Shown piece after piece: positions 12,219 to 24,704 of a DNA stretch of 64,000 nucleotides (position 1 is its first letter; each line of letters begins with the position of its first letter). A model generated the notes under the pieces. It did no database searches. It was not told the DNA's origin and saw only the letters and a program-made list of their open reading frames with translations. The stretch is from contig OX597834.1 in the NCBI GenBank assembly GCA_951406725.2, positions 20,336,001-20,400,000 of the forward strand. Reading direction: 5' to 3'. The stretch comes from Octopus vulgaris. Taxonomy: Eukaryota. A program made the translations under genes and the position numbers.

Positions 12219-12409
12219 ATGTATTTGTGTGTGTGCATATGTTAGTGTCTTTCAAAGCTCATTTCTGAAACATAAAAGAAAATTTAATTTTCTGATAAAC
12301 CATCTTCATAATCATGAAATTCTTTATTGTAGAATACAGAGCAAGATAGGTGCACGGGGGGTGGGGGCTGGGGGTGGGTGCAGACTTATTATGGAAACGG
12401 AGAAACCAA

Positions 12410-13135
12410 GCATGATGTTACTTGAATAAACTCTTATTGATTGGTTATCAATCATGCGTAAAATCACACACACACACTGTAGCAGTAGTAGCTACATGGA
12501 ACTACACACACACGGGAATTTCACTGGTGGGTTATTTAGGTCAATTCAGTTCGGTTCGGTTCGGTTTGGTTTGGTTTGGTTTGGTTTGGTTTGGTTAGGT
12601 TTGATTCACTTTGGTTAGGTTTGGCTTTGCCTGGGACAAGAACCTTGTTTCGTTTGGTCTGGCTATCTGGCTTTATGACAATATGGGTATTTATTGCACA
12701 AAGATAAGTTCTCTTTCAATAAACTCTCATAGATTGGCTGTCAGTCATGCATAAAATCAACACACACACACAGATAGATACAACAGCAGTTTTTTTCACA
12801 GAACGACAATATGGATATTTTGTGCTACATTATATAAATCAATTTGGTTCAGTTTTGCTCTGGACTAGGCTTCGTTTTGTCTGGTGTTGCTATCTGATTA
12901 TATGACTATAGGGGTGTTTATTTCACAAAGATAAGTTCTCCTTGAATAAGCTCTCATAAATTGGCTGTCATCCATGCATAAAATCATCACACAGACATAC
13001 ACACACACATACACACACACATACAACAGCAGTTACACCAATTGACAATACGGATGTTTTGTGCTAAGTTATATAGATTTAATTTGGTTCAGTTTGGTTC
13101 AATTTTGCTCTGGACTAGGCCTCGTTTTGTTTAAG
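12410..13135. repeat. degenerate tandem array, three ~230-290 bp units with internal (CA)n and (GGTTT)n
   Basis: Motif GATAAGTTCTC..AATAA.CTCTCATA.ATTGGCTGTC..CATGCATAAAATCA recurs near 12415, 12703 and 12930. Confidence 0.75.
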
Positions 13136-13182
13136 TGCAGGCGTTGTTGTGTGGTTAAGAAGCTTTATCTGCAACCATGTAG

Positions 13183-13574
13183 TGTGTGCGAGATTCGAAT
13201 ATAAAGGCACCTACCTTCTCTTCGCTCTGATAGAGACCCTTCAGTGGTAACGGATCCTTCGTCACAGCCCCGACCCGAATGCTAAAGATAGCAGCTGCTT
13301 CACCCAACCTTAGCAACGTCTTCACATGTCTTAACACCTCGATGACCCTCGTTCGAAAGGCCGAAATCACCACTCCCTGTGCGCGCCTCATGGCTGCCCC
13401 TTCCAGTTGCTCCAACTTCTGGTCAATGCACCCAGCGGCTGACGTCATCCCACACGCCACCCTGATCTTAAAGATCACAATCTCTCCGCTCCATGTCGTA
13501 GTCCACCAGGGAACCGGGAGGGCACCTTGTGTGTCAAGATCTTCTCAGGCTGGGCACCTCGTTGTCATCCCACA
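13183..13574. mobile_element. GC-rich insertion with 10-bp target-site duplication inside a family B SINE head
   Basis: AACCATGTAG (13173-13182) and AACCATGTGG (13575-13584) flank the insert; SINE head sequence runs 13137-13182 and resumes at 13575. Confidence 0.65.
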
Positions 13575-13659
13575 AACCATGTGGTTTTCATTTCAGTTGC
13601 ACTGTGCAGAAACTTGTACAAGTGTTTTCTCCTATATCCCCAAGTTGACCTATACCTTC

Positions 13660-14045
13660 ATCATCATCATCATCATTTAACGTCCGCTTTCCATGCTAGC
13701 ATGGGTTGGAGATTTTGACTGAGGACTGGCGAACCAGATGGCTGTGCCAGGCTCCAATCTGATCTGGCAGAGTTTCTACAGCTGGATGCCCTACCTAACA
13801 CCAGCCACTCTGAGTGTGTAGTGGGTGCTTTTACGTGCCACTGGCACGAGGTCCAGTTTGGCGGTACTAGCAACGGCCACACTCGAAATGGTGTTTTTTA
13901 TGTGCCACCTGCACAGGAGTCAGTCCAGTGGCACTGGCAATGACCTCGCTTGAATGTTTTGTTCACGTGCCAGTAATCACGCTCAAATGGTGCTTTTTAC
14001 GTGCCACCGGCACGGAAGCCAGACAGCCACTCTGGCAGTGATCCC
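13660..14045 (-). mobile_element. SINE family C copy (antisense)
   Basis: (ATC)n, then the reverse complement of the family C domain (GGATGCCCTACCTAACACCAGCCACTC..GTAGTGGGTGCTTTTACGTGCCA). Confidence 0.85.
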
Positions 14046-14772
14046 GCTAATGAATTAGGAAGACACAAAAATGTGCAGAAGCCCTGTCCTTGTCCACCAT
14101 CCTAAATCACACTCTGTGTTGTTTTGCTTTGTTTTGTTTGCTCTTGGCCCTGAATTCTCTGCAAAAACTTTTTGCAGGCACCACCAATATGGGAATCCTC
14201 AGTCTTGTCATTAGTGATGCTAAACCGAGTATTACCAATTGGTTGATAACTGATAAAGAATTAAGGACCTTCTGTGTTTGTCTCTTGTCTGGTTGTACAC
14301 TCAGTGTATGTTATGGCGTTTGGTTATTTACCATACATTTTTTTCATTTATTAAGTAATGGAATACAACACACACAGAATTTGTATGATATGGTCCGATT
14401 ACTTGATTGTGCCAAATCCCACACCACACCATTACCTTGACCTCAGCCTTGTTGATTATCTGCCTCCATCCAATAAGGATTGGTTTGTGAGTAATATCGG
14501 CAGTTGTGAAAAGAGATATAAAAAAAATAGAGAATGTTAGCAATTTCACGTCTTGCAGGATGGTGCCTGACTTTATGGCCACCCAGGAGATTTTTACCTA
14601 GTTTTGTCTGGTCAGGCTATGTGACTGTCACAAAAAGGTTGACAGTGATTTCAAAGGTTCAGCTTTATCATCATCATCATCATCATCATCTTTAATGTCC
14701 GTTTTCGATATTAGTATTTGATTGGGTGCTTTGGCAGGAGCTGACAAGGCATACAGTGGGATTGATCTCTAA

Positions 14773-14993
14773 CCCTTTAGCATTTAAACCGGCCATATCC
14801 AGCCAAAAGTATTCTGCCTGTTTTATGTTCAAAATGGCCAGGTCTGGTCTCTCAGACCAACCCTACAATATTGTTTTAAAAATTAACAGCGACCTCATTA
14901 AAATCTCATAGCTACAAGATAATGTATAATTAGTTCAAGGCAATGTGGATGAAAAAGCATTAATTTTGGTAGAATAATGCGAACACTAAAGGG
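14773..14993. mobile_element. MITE with CCCTTTAG../..CTAAAGGG termini (piggyBac-like)
   Basis: Imperfect TIR CCCTTTAGCATT / AACACTAAAGGG, flanked on both sides by CTAA (TTAA-like TSD). Confidence 0.7.
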
Positions 14994-15719
14994 CTAAACC
15001 CTGCAACTGAAAAAGCTAACGTCATAGCCACATAGCCATGCCTGTGCTTCATGTGTGTGTGTGTCTGTGTGTGTGAATAAATGGAGAGGCAAGAGTGTAT
15101 AGATGTGTGTCTTTATGCATGTCTGAATGTGTGTGTGTGTGTGTGTGTGTGTGTGCTTTATGTTTTGTAATGTTGTACATTTTTTTTATACTTTCCCCCC
15201 TTTTCCTGTATTCGTTTTATAAAGTTACTGTTGTTGTAGTTGTTGCTGTTGTAGTTGTTGCCGTGGATGTTACCACTGTCTAATTGAAGATGGAACGAAG
15301 TTGATTCGAAAAGAAATTCAATTATTACATCAACAGCTGACCACAAAGTAATAGCATGGATTTATTCATCTTCGACAGAATGTTTTCTGTAAGCTTAGGA
15401 TTATGAGGAAATGGAGAGAGGGGGAGGAGAGGGAGAGGGAGAGAGGGGGGAAAGAGAAAGAGAGAGAAAAAACAGACGGAGAAGACAAGCAAACCAAGGA
15501 ACTAGTTCTTCTTGTCTTGACATTTGTCTTGTCTGTATCCATGGTCAAGTCAAATTACTTTTAACCCTTCTTTTTTTTTGCTATATCTTTGTTGAAATAA
15601 ACTGCCTTTGTTTCACTTTACTTGTAAAATAAGGAAGTATTTTGTAAAATAACTTCAGATCCCTTTAAAACAGAAGTTTCTATCATATAAACAGAAATGG
15701 TGCCAGGTGGATTGGTATT

Positions 15720-15945
15720 GCGAGCTGGCAGAAACGTTAGCATGCCGGGCGAAATGCGTAGCCGTATTTCATCTGCTTTACGTTGTGAGTTCAAATTCCA
15801 TCGAGGTCGACTTTGCCTTTCATCCTTTCGGGGTCAATTAAATAAGTACCAGTTACGCACTGGGGTCGATATAATCAACTTAATCCGTTTGTCTGTCCTT
15901 GTTTGTCCTCTCTGTGTTTAGCCCCTTGTGGGTAGTAAAGAAACA
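15720..15945 (+). mobile_element. SINE family A, well-preserved copy inserted into a TTAA-MITE copy starting at ~15561
   Basis: GCGAGCTGGCAGAAACGTTAGCATGCCGGGCGAAATGCG..GAGTTCAAATTCC..GGGGTCAATTAAATAAGTACCAG..AGCCCCTTGTGGGTAGTAAAGAAA, with CpGs retained. Confidence 0.88.
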
Positions 15946-16032
15946 GGTATTAAAATGGTGAAACAGATAAATGTAAATAGAACAATAGAACTGTGATAAG
16001 TATTAGTGTTGCTGTTTATTCCAATGTCAGGC

Positions 16033-16678
16033 TTAACCCATTTTTTCTTTTACCATATTTCTGTTGAAACTCAGTACCTTTGTTTCAATTTTTTCAAAAT
16101 AATGAAGAATTTATTAAAATAACTTCGTCATTGTTAATCTGGTGTTTAGGACAAATTAACATGAAAGTTTGATGATCACTTTATAATAGGATGTTTGTAT
16201 CACAGAATCAGGTTTGGTACGAGGAAGGTTGGCATCAAAATGGTTAAATCTTTTGTTAAATATTTCTGTAGAAATGTACTGCCTTTGTTTCAAGTCATTT
16301 TGAAAATAATGAAGAATTTATTGAAATAACTTTGGCATTATGAAGTCGGTGTTTGAAACATAAAGTAACATGAAATTTTGATGGCAGGTTTTTTTTAGAT
16401 CACTTTAAAACAGGAAGTTTGTATCATAGAACCAGGTTTGGTATCAGGAGGGTTGGCATCAAAATACTTAAACCTTTTGTTACCATATTTCTGTTGAAAT
16501 ACGCTGCCTTTGTTTTAATTTATTTTTAAAATAGTGAAGAATTTAGTGAAATAACTTTTGTCATTATTAATTTTTTGTTTGGAACATAACGAGATTTTGA
16601 TGGAAGTTTTTAAGTTAATGAATTTTTAAAAGAGGAAGCTGGTGGACTCAGACTGAAGGTTGGCATCAAAAGGGTTAA
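16033..16678 (+). mobile_element. head-to-tail trimer of a ~210-bp TTAA-flanked MITE
   Basis: Three similar units (16037-16243, 16248-16467, 16472-16674), each ending GGTTGGCATCAAAA.. and separated by a single TTAA. Confidence 0.75.
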
Positions 16679-17064
16679 TTCCATTCTGATCGAGGCTATT
16701 CTCAGTTCCATTGATTCACAATTGTGAATTTATTCGAAATTATTTACATTAATATTTAAACTGTCATTAGTTAATCTAAGGCTCTTTTATTAAGCTTTGT
16801 GCCAAGGGCTAAATTAATAATTAAAAAGTTAATTATTTTACATATCTTTCCAAACAATTGATTATTAAAAAGAAATTTCCTGAAACAAAAGTGAAATATA
16901 TTCCATTAAAAAATATGATCCCAAAAGGGTTAAGCAGCTCAGTTCATTTAAAATGAAGCATCACTCCCAAAATAGATACAAGAGCTAAGGAAAGATTTGA
17001 TCTGTCCAAGTGGTCAATGATGGCAGCAGTGTGTGTGTATTTATGTATGTGTGTGATTGTGAAT

Positions 17065-17395
17065 GCACACGGCTCAGTGGTTAGAGTATCAGGCTTACAA
17101 GTGTGAGGTTGAGGGTTCAAATTCCTCAGTCTGTGTGTGTTGTATTCTTGCGCAAGACACCTTATTTCACGTTGCTCCAGTTCACTCAGCTGTAGAAATG
17201 AGTTGTGACATTCTCTGGTGCCAAGCTGTATCGACCTTTGCCTTTCCCTTGGACAACAACAGTGGCATGGAGAGAGGAGTCTGGCATGCATGGGTCACTG
17301 CTGGCCTTTCACCAACAATCTTGCACAGACTTGTGTCTCAGAGGGGAAATTTCTAGGTGCAATCCCAAGATCCTACATGACCGAAGGGAGTCTTT
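17065..17395 (+). mobile_element. tRNA-derived SINE (family E-like)
   Basis: A box GGCTCAGTGG, B box GGTTCAAATTCC, then GCAAGACACCTTATTTCACGTTGCTCCAGTTCACTCAGCTG. A related minus-strand copy lies at ~49070-49285. Confidence 0.7.
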
Positions 17396-18441
17396 AACCT
17401 TTACCCTTTATAAAAATACTAGCACTATGACCCGGCAGACCCGGCAATGCTGTTTTCATCATCATCATCATTACCCTGATCATTGCCATGGTCATCATCA
17501 TCATCATAGTCACTACCACCACTATCATAACCATCGTAATCTCCACTACCGCTATCATCATTGTTATCATCATCATCATGACCGCCACCACCATTATCAC
17601 ATTTGTCACAATTAACACCACCAATTCCACCATTAACATAAGCAACTCAATCATCATCACCATCATCATCACCACCATCGTTATAACTATCATCATCATC
17701 ACGGTTGTATTTGTTGCTGTCCCTCATCAATATCCCCCTGATCTTAAGAGAGAGTCACCTCTGTTGCAATCACGCACCCGAGTCTGTGGTCCAGGAATCA
17801 CACTGCACCACACACCCCAGTCACAGAGGAACGGAGGATGCTCCACCTCCTCCTCCACTAAAAAGGGATCACAGGATGTTCTCCGTCTCCTCTCGCTAAA
17901 CCATTAAAAGGAAAAAAACAACAACAAAAAGACATGAAATATATAAAAAGAAGTAGGAGCTGGAAAATGTGGGGGCGTCAACATCTACAGATGAATGATA
18001 AGGGGGGTGGGGTGGAGGTGGGAGAATAGATCTGATGACTAATTAACGTTAATTATGTAGGAAATACCTTGGTCACAGTTACAAAGGGAACACTCATTAA
18101 TAACATGACTTTCACAGCAGAAGAAGCTTAATTAATTTTTAATATATGAATATCAACAGATAACACCTTGCTGTCACTTTGATCTGTCTGTCCGTCTGTC
18201 ACTTTCAATCTTCCCATACCGCTTTCCCTTTCACTCTACTTGTGTGTGTGTGTGTGTGTTTGTAGGTATGGGTGTTTGATTAACGCATTTGCGATGCATT
18301 TGTGTGCCTTCAGGTTCGGTCCCACTGCACGGCAGCTTGGGAAAATGTCTTTTATTATAGCCGCAAGCCAGGCAATGCCTTGTGAATAAATTTAGTAGAT
18401 GGAGACCGTAAGAAGCCCATTGTGCATACTCACACACATAC

Positions 18442-18850
18442 AGGCGCAGGAGTGGCTATGTGGTAAGTAGCTTGCTAACCAACCACATGGTTCCGGGTTC
18501 AGTCCCACTGCATGGCATCTTGGGCTAGTGTCTTCTGCTATAGCCCCGGGCCGACCAATGCCTTGTGAGTGGATTTGGTAGATGGAAACTGAAAGAAGCC
18601 TGTCGTATATATGTATATATATGTATGTGTGTGTGTGTGTGTATGTCTGTGTTTGTCCCCCTAGCATTGCTTGACAACCGATGCTGGTGTGTTTACGTCC
18701 CCGTCACTTAGCGGTTCGGCAAAAGAGACCAATAGAATAAGTACTGGGCTTACAAATAATAAGTCCCGGGGTCGATTTGCTCGACTAAAGGCGGTGCTCC
18801 AGCATGGTCGCAGTCAAATGATTGAAACAAGTAAAAGAATAAAAGAAGAA
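18442..18850 (+). mobile_element. tRNA-derived SINE family B (CORE-like), full-length composite
   Basis: GGCGCAGGAGTGGCTATGTGG (A box), GGTTCAGTCCC (B box), CTTGGGCTAGTG CORE-like segment, internal (TG)n, and a 3' part ending GAAACAAGTAAAAGA. Further copies at 20087, 39300, 42370, 57800 (+) and 24705, 28305, 47720, 58490 (-). Confidence 0.88.
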
Positions 18851-18877
18851 TAAAGAAATACATACATACGTACATAC

Positions 18878-20040
18878 CAGATTACTACCTCCCATTTTGA
18901 AGGGTGTTTGTTTGCAATCCAGGAACAGGAAATATCAACCAAGTACCTGATGCACAAAAGGGATAGAGATGCAGGAAAAGCAGTCAAATGTGACAATTGA
19001 TGCAGACTTTGTGGAGTTCACACTGAAGATATCACCCACATCATAAGCAGTTGTCCGAAAATGTCATCACGGTATTATCTACCAATGAGATATGATGTTG
19101 TAGCTAGGGCACTTTATAATGAAATCTGTCAGAAGGATAATCCCAAGGACAAAGAAATAAGAACCCACAATATGGTAGAAGCCATAGCTACTCATAATAA
19201 AAAGGAGTACTGGTGGAATGTCCCAGTGAAGACCTCAATAAAATGTAAGCACAACAGACCTAATATAATGAGTTGGGATAGAGAAGAGAAACTGTGCACA
19301 GTTATGGAAATTAGCTGCCCAGTGGATGTTAACATAAAGCTGAAGATCAGTGAAAAAGAGAATATCTACGCTGAACTATTGAGAAATCTGCAGTTACTCT
19401 ATCCAGATTACAAGTTCAGGTTTATACCTGTAATTATTGGTGCCCTGGGATATATAACACACTACCTAAATACCAATCATGAGAAATTAGGCTTTTCAAA
19501 ACCAGAAAGGTGAAAACTAATTCGAAGAATACAAATCCAATCCATCACCGGAATTGTAAAAATCTGTAAAACTTTCCAGAACTTTGTCATTTAGATATAT
19601 ATGAGCATGTCTAGATATGCAACTATATGCATGAGAATACCTACATAAAACATACACATCTGCACATACATACATACATACATACATACATACATACATA
19701 CATACATACATACATACACACACACATATACATACATACATACAAACATACATACATACATACAAACATACACACATACACACATACATACAAACATACA
19801 TACATACAAACATACATACATACATACATACAAACATACACACATACATACATACACACACACATACATACATACATAAATACATACATACATACATACA
19901 TACATACATACATACACATACATACAAACAAAAATACCCTGTTGTTGATGTTGAAATTCCAATGAAGGAACCTTGCATTTTGGTTAGAAGCCGTTTCTTT
20001 CTCTATTGGAAAGAAATCTTCAAATAAAACTGGGCAATGA
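18878..20040 (+). mobile_element. 5'-truncated R4/Dong-clade non-LTR retrotransposon (RLE endonuclease end plus 3' UTR) in (TACA)n
   Basis: FEGCLFAIQEQEISTKY, CCHC finger CRLC..EDITHIISSC, RYD (RHD-like), RPNI (RPDI-like), MEISCP, EKENIY, IPVIIGALG; in-frame stops at 18998-19000 and 19511-19513; (TACA)n on both sides. Confidence 0.88.
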
Positions 20041-20390
20041 CATACATACATGCGTACATACATACACACACCTATACATATATACATAGGTGCAAGCATG
20101 GCTGTTTGGTAAGATGCTTGCTTCCTAACCACATGGTTCTAGGTTCAGTCCCACTGTGTGACACCTAAACAGATGTCTTCTATGATAGCTTTTGGATTGA
20201 CCAAAGCCTTGTTAGTGGATTTAGTGGAAACTGAAAGAAGCCCATCATACATATTTATACATATGTATATATTTACGTGTGTGTGTGTGTGTGTTTGTGT
20301 CTGTCCCCTGCCACCATTGCTTGGCAACGGCTGGTGTGTTTACATGCCTGTAACTTAGCAGTTTGCCAAAAGAAGCTGACAGAGTAAGAA

Positions 20391-20420
20391 CATTTCGAGC
20401 CTATGCTCTTCCTCAGAAAG
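20391..20420 (-). ncRNA. hammerhead ribozyme motif in a Penelope-type element fragment
   Basis: Minus strand reads CTTT-CTGAGGA-A-GAGC[atag]GCTC-GAAATG: intact core and 4-bp stem II, truncated at the cleavage triplet. Confidence 0.55.
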
Positions 20421-20693
20421 GAGCAAGGAGAGAAAATAGGGGGAAAAGATGGGCAAAATAAAACATATCTGAATTAACGATAGCACGCCGGGCGAAATGC
20501 GTAGCCGTATTCCGTCTGTCGTTACGTTCTGAGTTCAAATTCCGCCAAGGTCGACTTTACCTTTCATCCTTTCGGGGTCGATAAATTAAGTACCAGTTAC
20601 GTACTGGGGGTCGATGTAATCGACTTAATACCTATGTCTGTCCTTGTTTGTCCCCTCTATGTTTGGCCCCTTGTGCGTAATAAAGAAATATGT

Positions 20694-20749
<56 letters not shown>

Positions 20750-21376
20750 TCTTTTCTCCTCTTCTCTCTCCATTTCATTTCTCTCTGTCTCATCTCCATA
20801 CTTCCATGCATCTGTCGATCTTTCACCCACCCCACAACCATCAATATAAACAGCTCTGGACCCAGCAACTGACTGGAATGATAATGAATGAATTACAAAT
20901 GAAGAGCAATAATCCACCGTTTCTATTAAACGCCCCCCCCCCCCCCGCCCACCCACACTCCCACCACCACCACTACCACCAACCACCACCACCACCACCT
21001 CCACCTACCCCTACTCTATTCCCTTTTGCAGAAATATTTCCCTAATTTACAGACAATTAGCACCACTTGATGTTACATTTAAAAACACATGGACAAACTC
21101 AATACACACCTACAACATAAGCTCCCCCCCCCTCTCTCTCTCTCTGTCTCTTTCTATCTATCTATCTATCTATCTTTTTGTGCATCTCTCTGTTTCTGTC
21201 TCTCTTTCTATGTCTCTCTCACTCTCACTCATCTGCTTTTTGTCTCTTTCCTTCTTCCTCTCTAACTCCAGTAGCAATCTCCTTCTACAATACTTCCTCT
21301 TCCCTCTTCTCTATTACGGACAACTTAAACACACAAAATAACACATATGTGTTCATGTGTGTGTATATATATTTAT

Positions 21377-21424
<48 letters not shown>

Positions 21425-21539
21425 TATATGTGTTTTGTGAGGGTGTGTGTGCATGTATACACTCATATATTTATATATATGTGTGTGCTTATGTATATGT
21501 TTGTATATATATATGTATGTATGTATATATTGTGTGTGC

Positions 21540-21835
21540 GTGTGTATACACACATATTTATATATCATGTGTATATACATATATATGTATGTCTGTGCGT
21601 GTGTATACACACATATTTATATATCATGTGTATATACATATATATGTATGTCTGTGTGTGTGTATACACACATATTTATATATCATGTGTATATACATAT
21701 ATATGTATGTCTGTGCGTGTGTATACACACATATTTATATATCATGTGTATATACATATATATGTATGTCTGTGCGTGTGTATACACACATATTTATATA
21801 TCATGTGTATATACATATATATATGTATGTCTGTG
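21540..21835. repeat. 59-bp minisatellite, about 5 near-identical copies
   Basis: Unit GTGTATACACACATATTTATATATCATGTGTATATACATATATATGTATGTCTGTGCGT; register shifts by 1 nt per 60-nt line. Confidence 0.9.
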
Positions 21836-22420
21836 TGTGTGTGTGCATATATATATATATATGGACATATGCACACATATATACACACACATACACACAC
21901 TCACATATGCTGCAGGAAAATTAAGGTCTATGAATCTTTAACACCAGAGATAATGATGAAGAAAATAAAATAATAATATTAATAATAATTATAATAGTTT
22001 GTTCGTTAGTATAAGTTTATTGCTTAAATATGTCTGCACACAAAATAAGGTTATTAAAGTATAATGGCTGACTTCCAAATAAGAAATTGATATGGATATA
22101 TATGTTACATCCTCACACACATACATATATATATACACACACATTTTATATACAACATATAAATACACATACATATAAATAAGTTTATGAATGTTTGTAT
22201 GCTTATATATGTATGTGTGTGTGTATGTATATATATGTATATATATACACACACACATATACACATTTTATATAAAATATATACATACATCCATACATAT
22301 ACAAACATTTTACATACAATGTACATATATATATACATACACATGTGTGTATAAGTTTACACACACACATTTTGCATAATACAATATATATATATATAAA
22401 TATATAAGCTTATATATACA

Positions 22421-22451
<31 letters not shown>

Positions 22452-22539
22452 ATAATATATAATATATATATATACATTTTACATACAATATATATATATA
22501 CACACATACATATAAGATTATATATACATGTGTGTGTGC

Positions 22540-22584
<45 letters not shown>

Positions 22585-23124
22585 TATATATGTATATATA
22601 AACCACTTGAAGCCATTTATTGAAGTCAAAGATAATTGCTTAAAATTTTGGCACCAGGCCCTGCCCTGAACTTCCATGGGATGGGGGTTAGTCAGTTGCA
22701 TCAACCCCCACCCCCACCCTCTCCCCGTCCCTCCCTATACTTGATTGCTACTTTATTGTTTCAAATGCAAAAAGAGATGAAAACACACACAGCTGACCTC
22801 AGCAGAATTTGAACTCCGAGCGCAAAAAGTGGAAAGATATCTGACTCAGCATTTCTTGTTTTGACGTGCTAACAATTCTGCCAGCTCACCAACCTTCGCA
22901 ACACTTTCAGGTCTTGGCACAAGACCAGCAGTTTTCAGCGGAAGTCGATTAGTCATTTACATCTTCTCCAGTAGGCAACTAGTACTTTAATATTGTTGAA
23001 AGTCCACTTCATCCTTTTGGGGTCAAGAAAATAAGCACCAATTAAGTACTGGGGTTAATTTAATTAACCTGCTTTCTCCCACAATATTGCTCACCTTTAC
23101 CAAAATTTGAAATCAATATTATTG

Positions 23125-23168
<44 letters not shown>

Positions 23169-23462
23169 GATTATTATTATTATCATTATTATTATTATTC
23201 AGTGATGCCAGACAGGATCCTGTGCAGGTGACACGTAAAAAGCACCATTTGAGCATGGCTGATGCCAGTACCTTATGACTGGCCCTCGTACCAGTGACAC
23301 GTAAAAGCACCTACTACACTCTCATAGTGGTTGGCGTCAGGAAGGGCATCCAGCTGTAGAAACTTTGCCAGATCAGATTGGAGACTGGTGCAGCCTTCTG
23401 ACTTACCAGCCCTCAGTCAAACTATCCAACCCATGCCAGCATGGAAAATGGACATTAAATGA

Positions 23463-23496
<34 letters not shown>

Positions 23497-23974
23497 TAAC
23501 TGGAACACAAACATTCACACACTCCCTTTTACATACACACACACATATACTCACACAGAGATGAAACACTGATTTTTTTTCCCTGTAGAATTTCCATCAT
23601 CCCTCTACCACTTTGCCCTTCCTTCTTCATCTGTCACCCCTTCCTTTCTCATTCATATGTTGTGACTGAGAAAAACACAAAAGTATTATTATAACAGATT
23701 ATTGTTGTTGCTGTTTGTTGTCAAGGCAGTAATCCAGCAGAATCATTAGCAACCAGGTAAAATGCTATAGTGTTCATTTGCTCATCTTTATGTTCTCAAT
23801 TCAAATTCCACAGAGGTTCAACTTGCTTTTCATTCTTTTGGGGTCGATAAGATATGTACCCTTCAAGCACTGGTGGGGTGGCGGCAGGTCGATGTAATCA
23901 ACTTAACCCCACCCCACAAAATTGCTGGCCTTGAGCCAAAAATTAAAGCCATTATTATGATTACTTGAGAGGAC

Positions 23975-24700
23975 TTGTCTCAAGCCAAGTGAAATCATAG
24001 TCATATAACTGACACGTGTCAAACATTGGGTCTCATGGAGGCAATGTGGCTGATGCCAGTATCGCATAACTAGCAGCTGTGCCAGCGGCACATAAAAGGC
24101 AGGTTTTGAGCACTGGGCCTCATGGAAGTGACTGGCACATAAAGATCACCTGCTGAGCATTGGGCCTCATGGAGGCAATGTGGCTGATGCCAGTGTCGCA
24201 TAAGTAGCAGCCATGCCAGTGACACATGAAAAGCAGGTTTTGAGCACTGGGCCTCATGGAAGTAACAGGCACTCATGCCAGTGGCACATAAAGATCACCT
24301 GCTGAGCATTGGGCCTCATGGAGGCAATGTGGATGATGCCAGTGTTGCATAGCTAGCAGCCGTGCCAGCGGCACATGAAAGGCAGGTTTTGAGCAGTGGG
24401 TCTCATGGAGGTCATGACAAATGACCAAGACCTTTGGCAATATGCTGTGCTTGACAAGAAGATCCATCAAGCCAAGTGAAATCGTAATCGTGACAGGTAT
24501 TGGTGTCACACAACTGGCACGGTGGCACGTAAAAGCACCCATTACACTCTCGGAGTGGTTGGTGTTAGGAAGGGCATCCAGCTGTAGAAAACCATGCCGA
24601 ATCAGACTGGAGTATGGTGCAGGCCTTCAGCTTACCAACCAACCCTGGTCAAACTGTCCAACCCATGCCAGCATGGACAATGGACATTAAATGATGGTGA
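23975..24700 (+). mobile_element. family C-related element with three internal ~135-bp tandem units
   Basis: CATTGGG.CTCATGGAGGCAATGTGG.TGATGCCAGT..GCAGGTTTTGAGCA.TGGG.CTCATGGA repeated three times (24024-24410), bracketed by CAAGCCAAGTGAAATC, then the family C 3' domain. Confidence 0.75.
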
Positions 24701-24704
24701 TACT

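Noticed and set aside
12545-12625. Interstitial telomere repeat
   Set aside because: Units are GGTTC/GGTTT pentamers with only isolated TTAGG; no (TTAGGG)n run.
24024-24410. CRISPR-like repeat-spacer array
   Set aside because: Spacers are duplicates of one another, the context is eukaryotic SINE sequence, and there are no cas genes.
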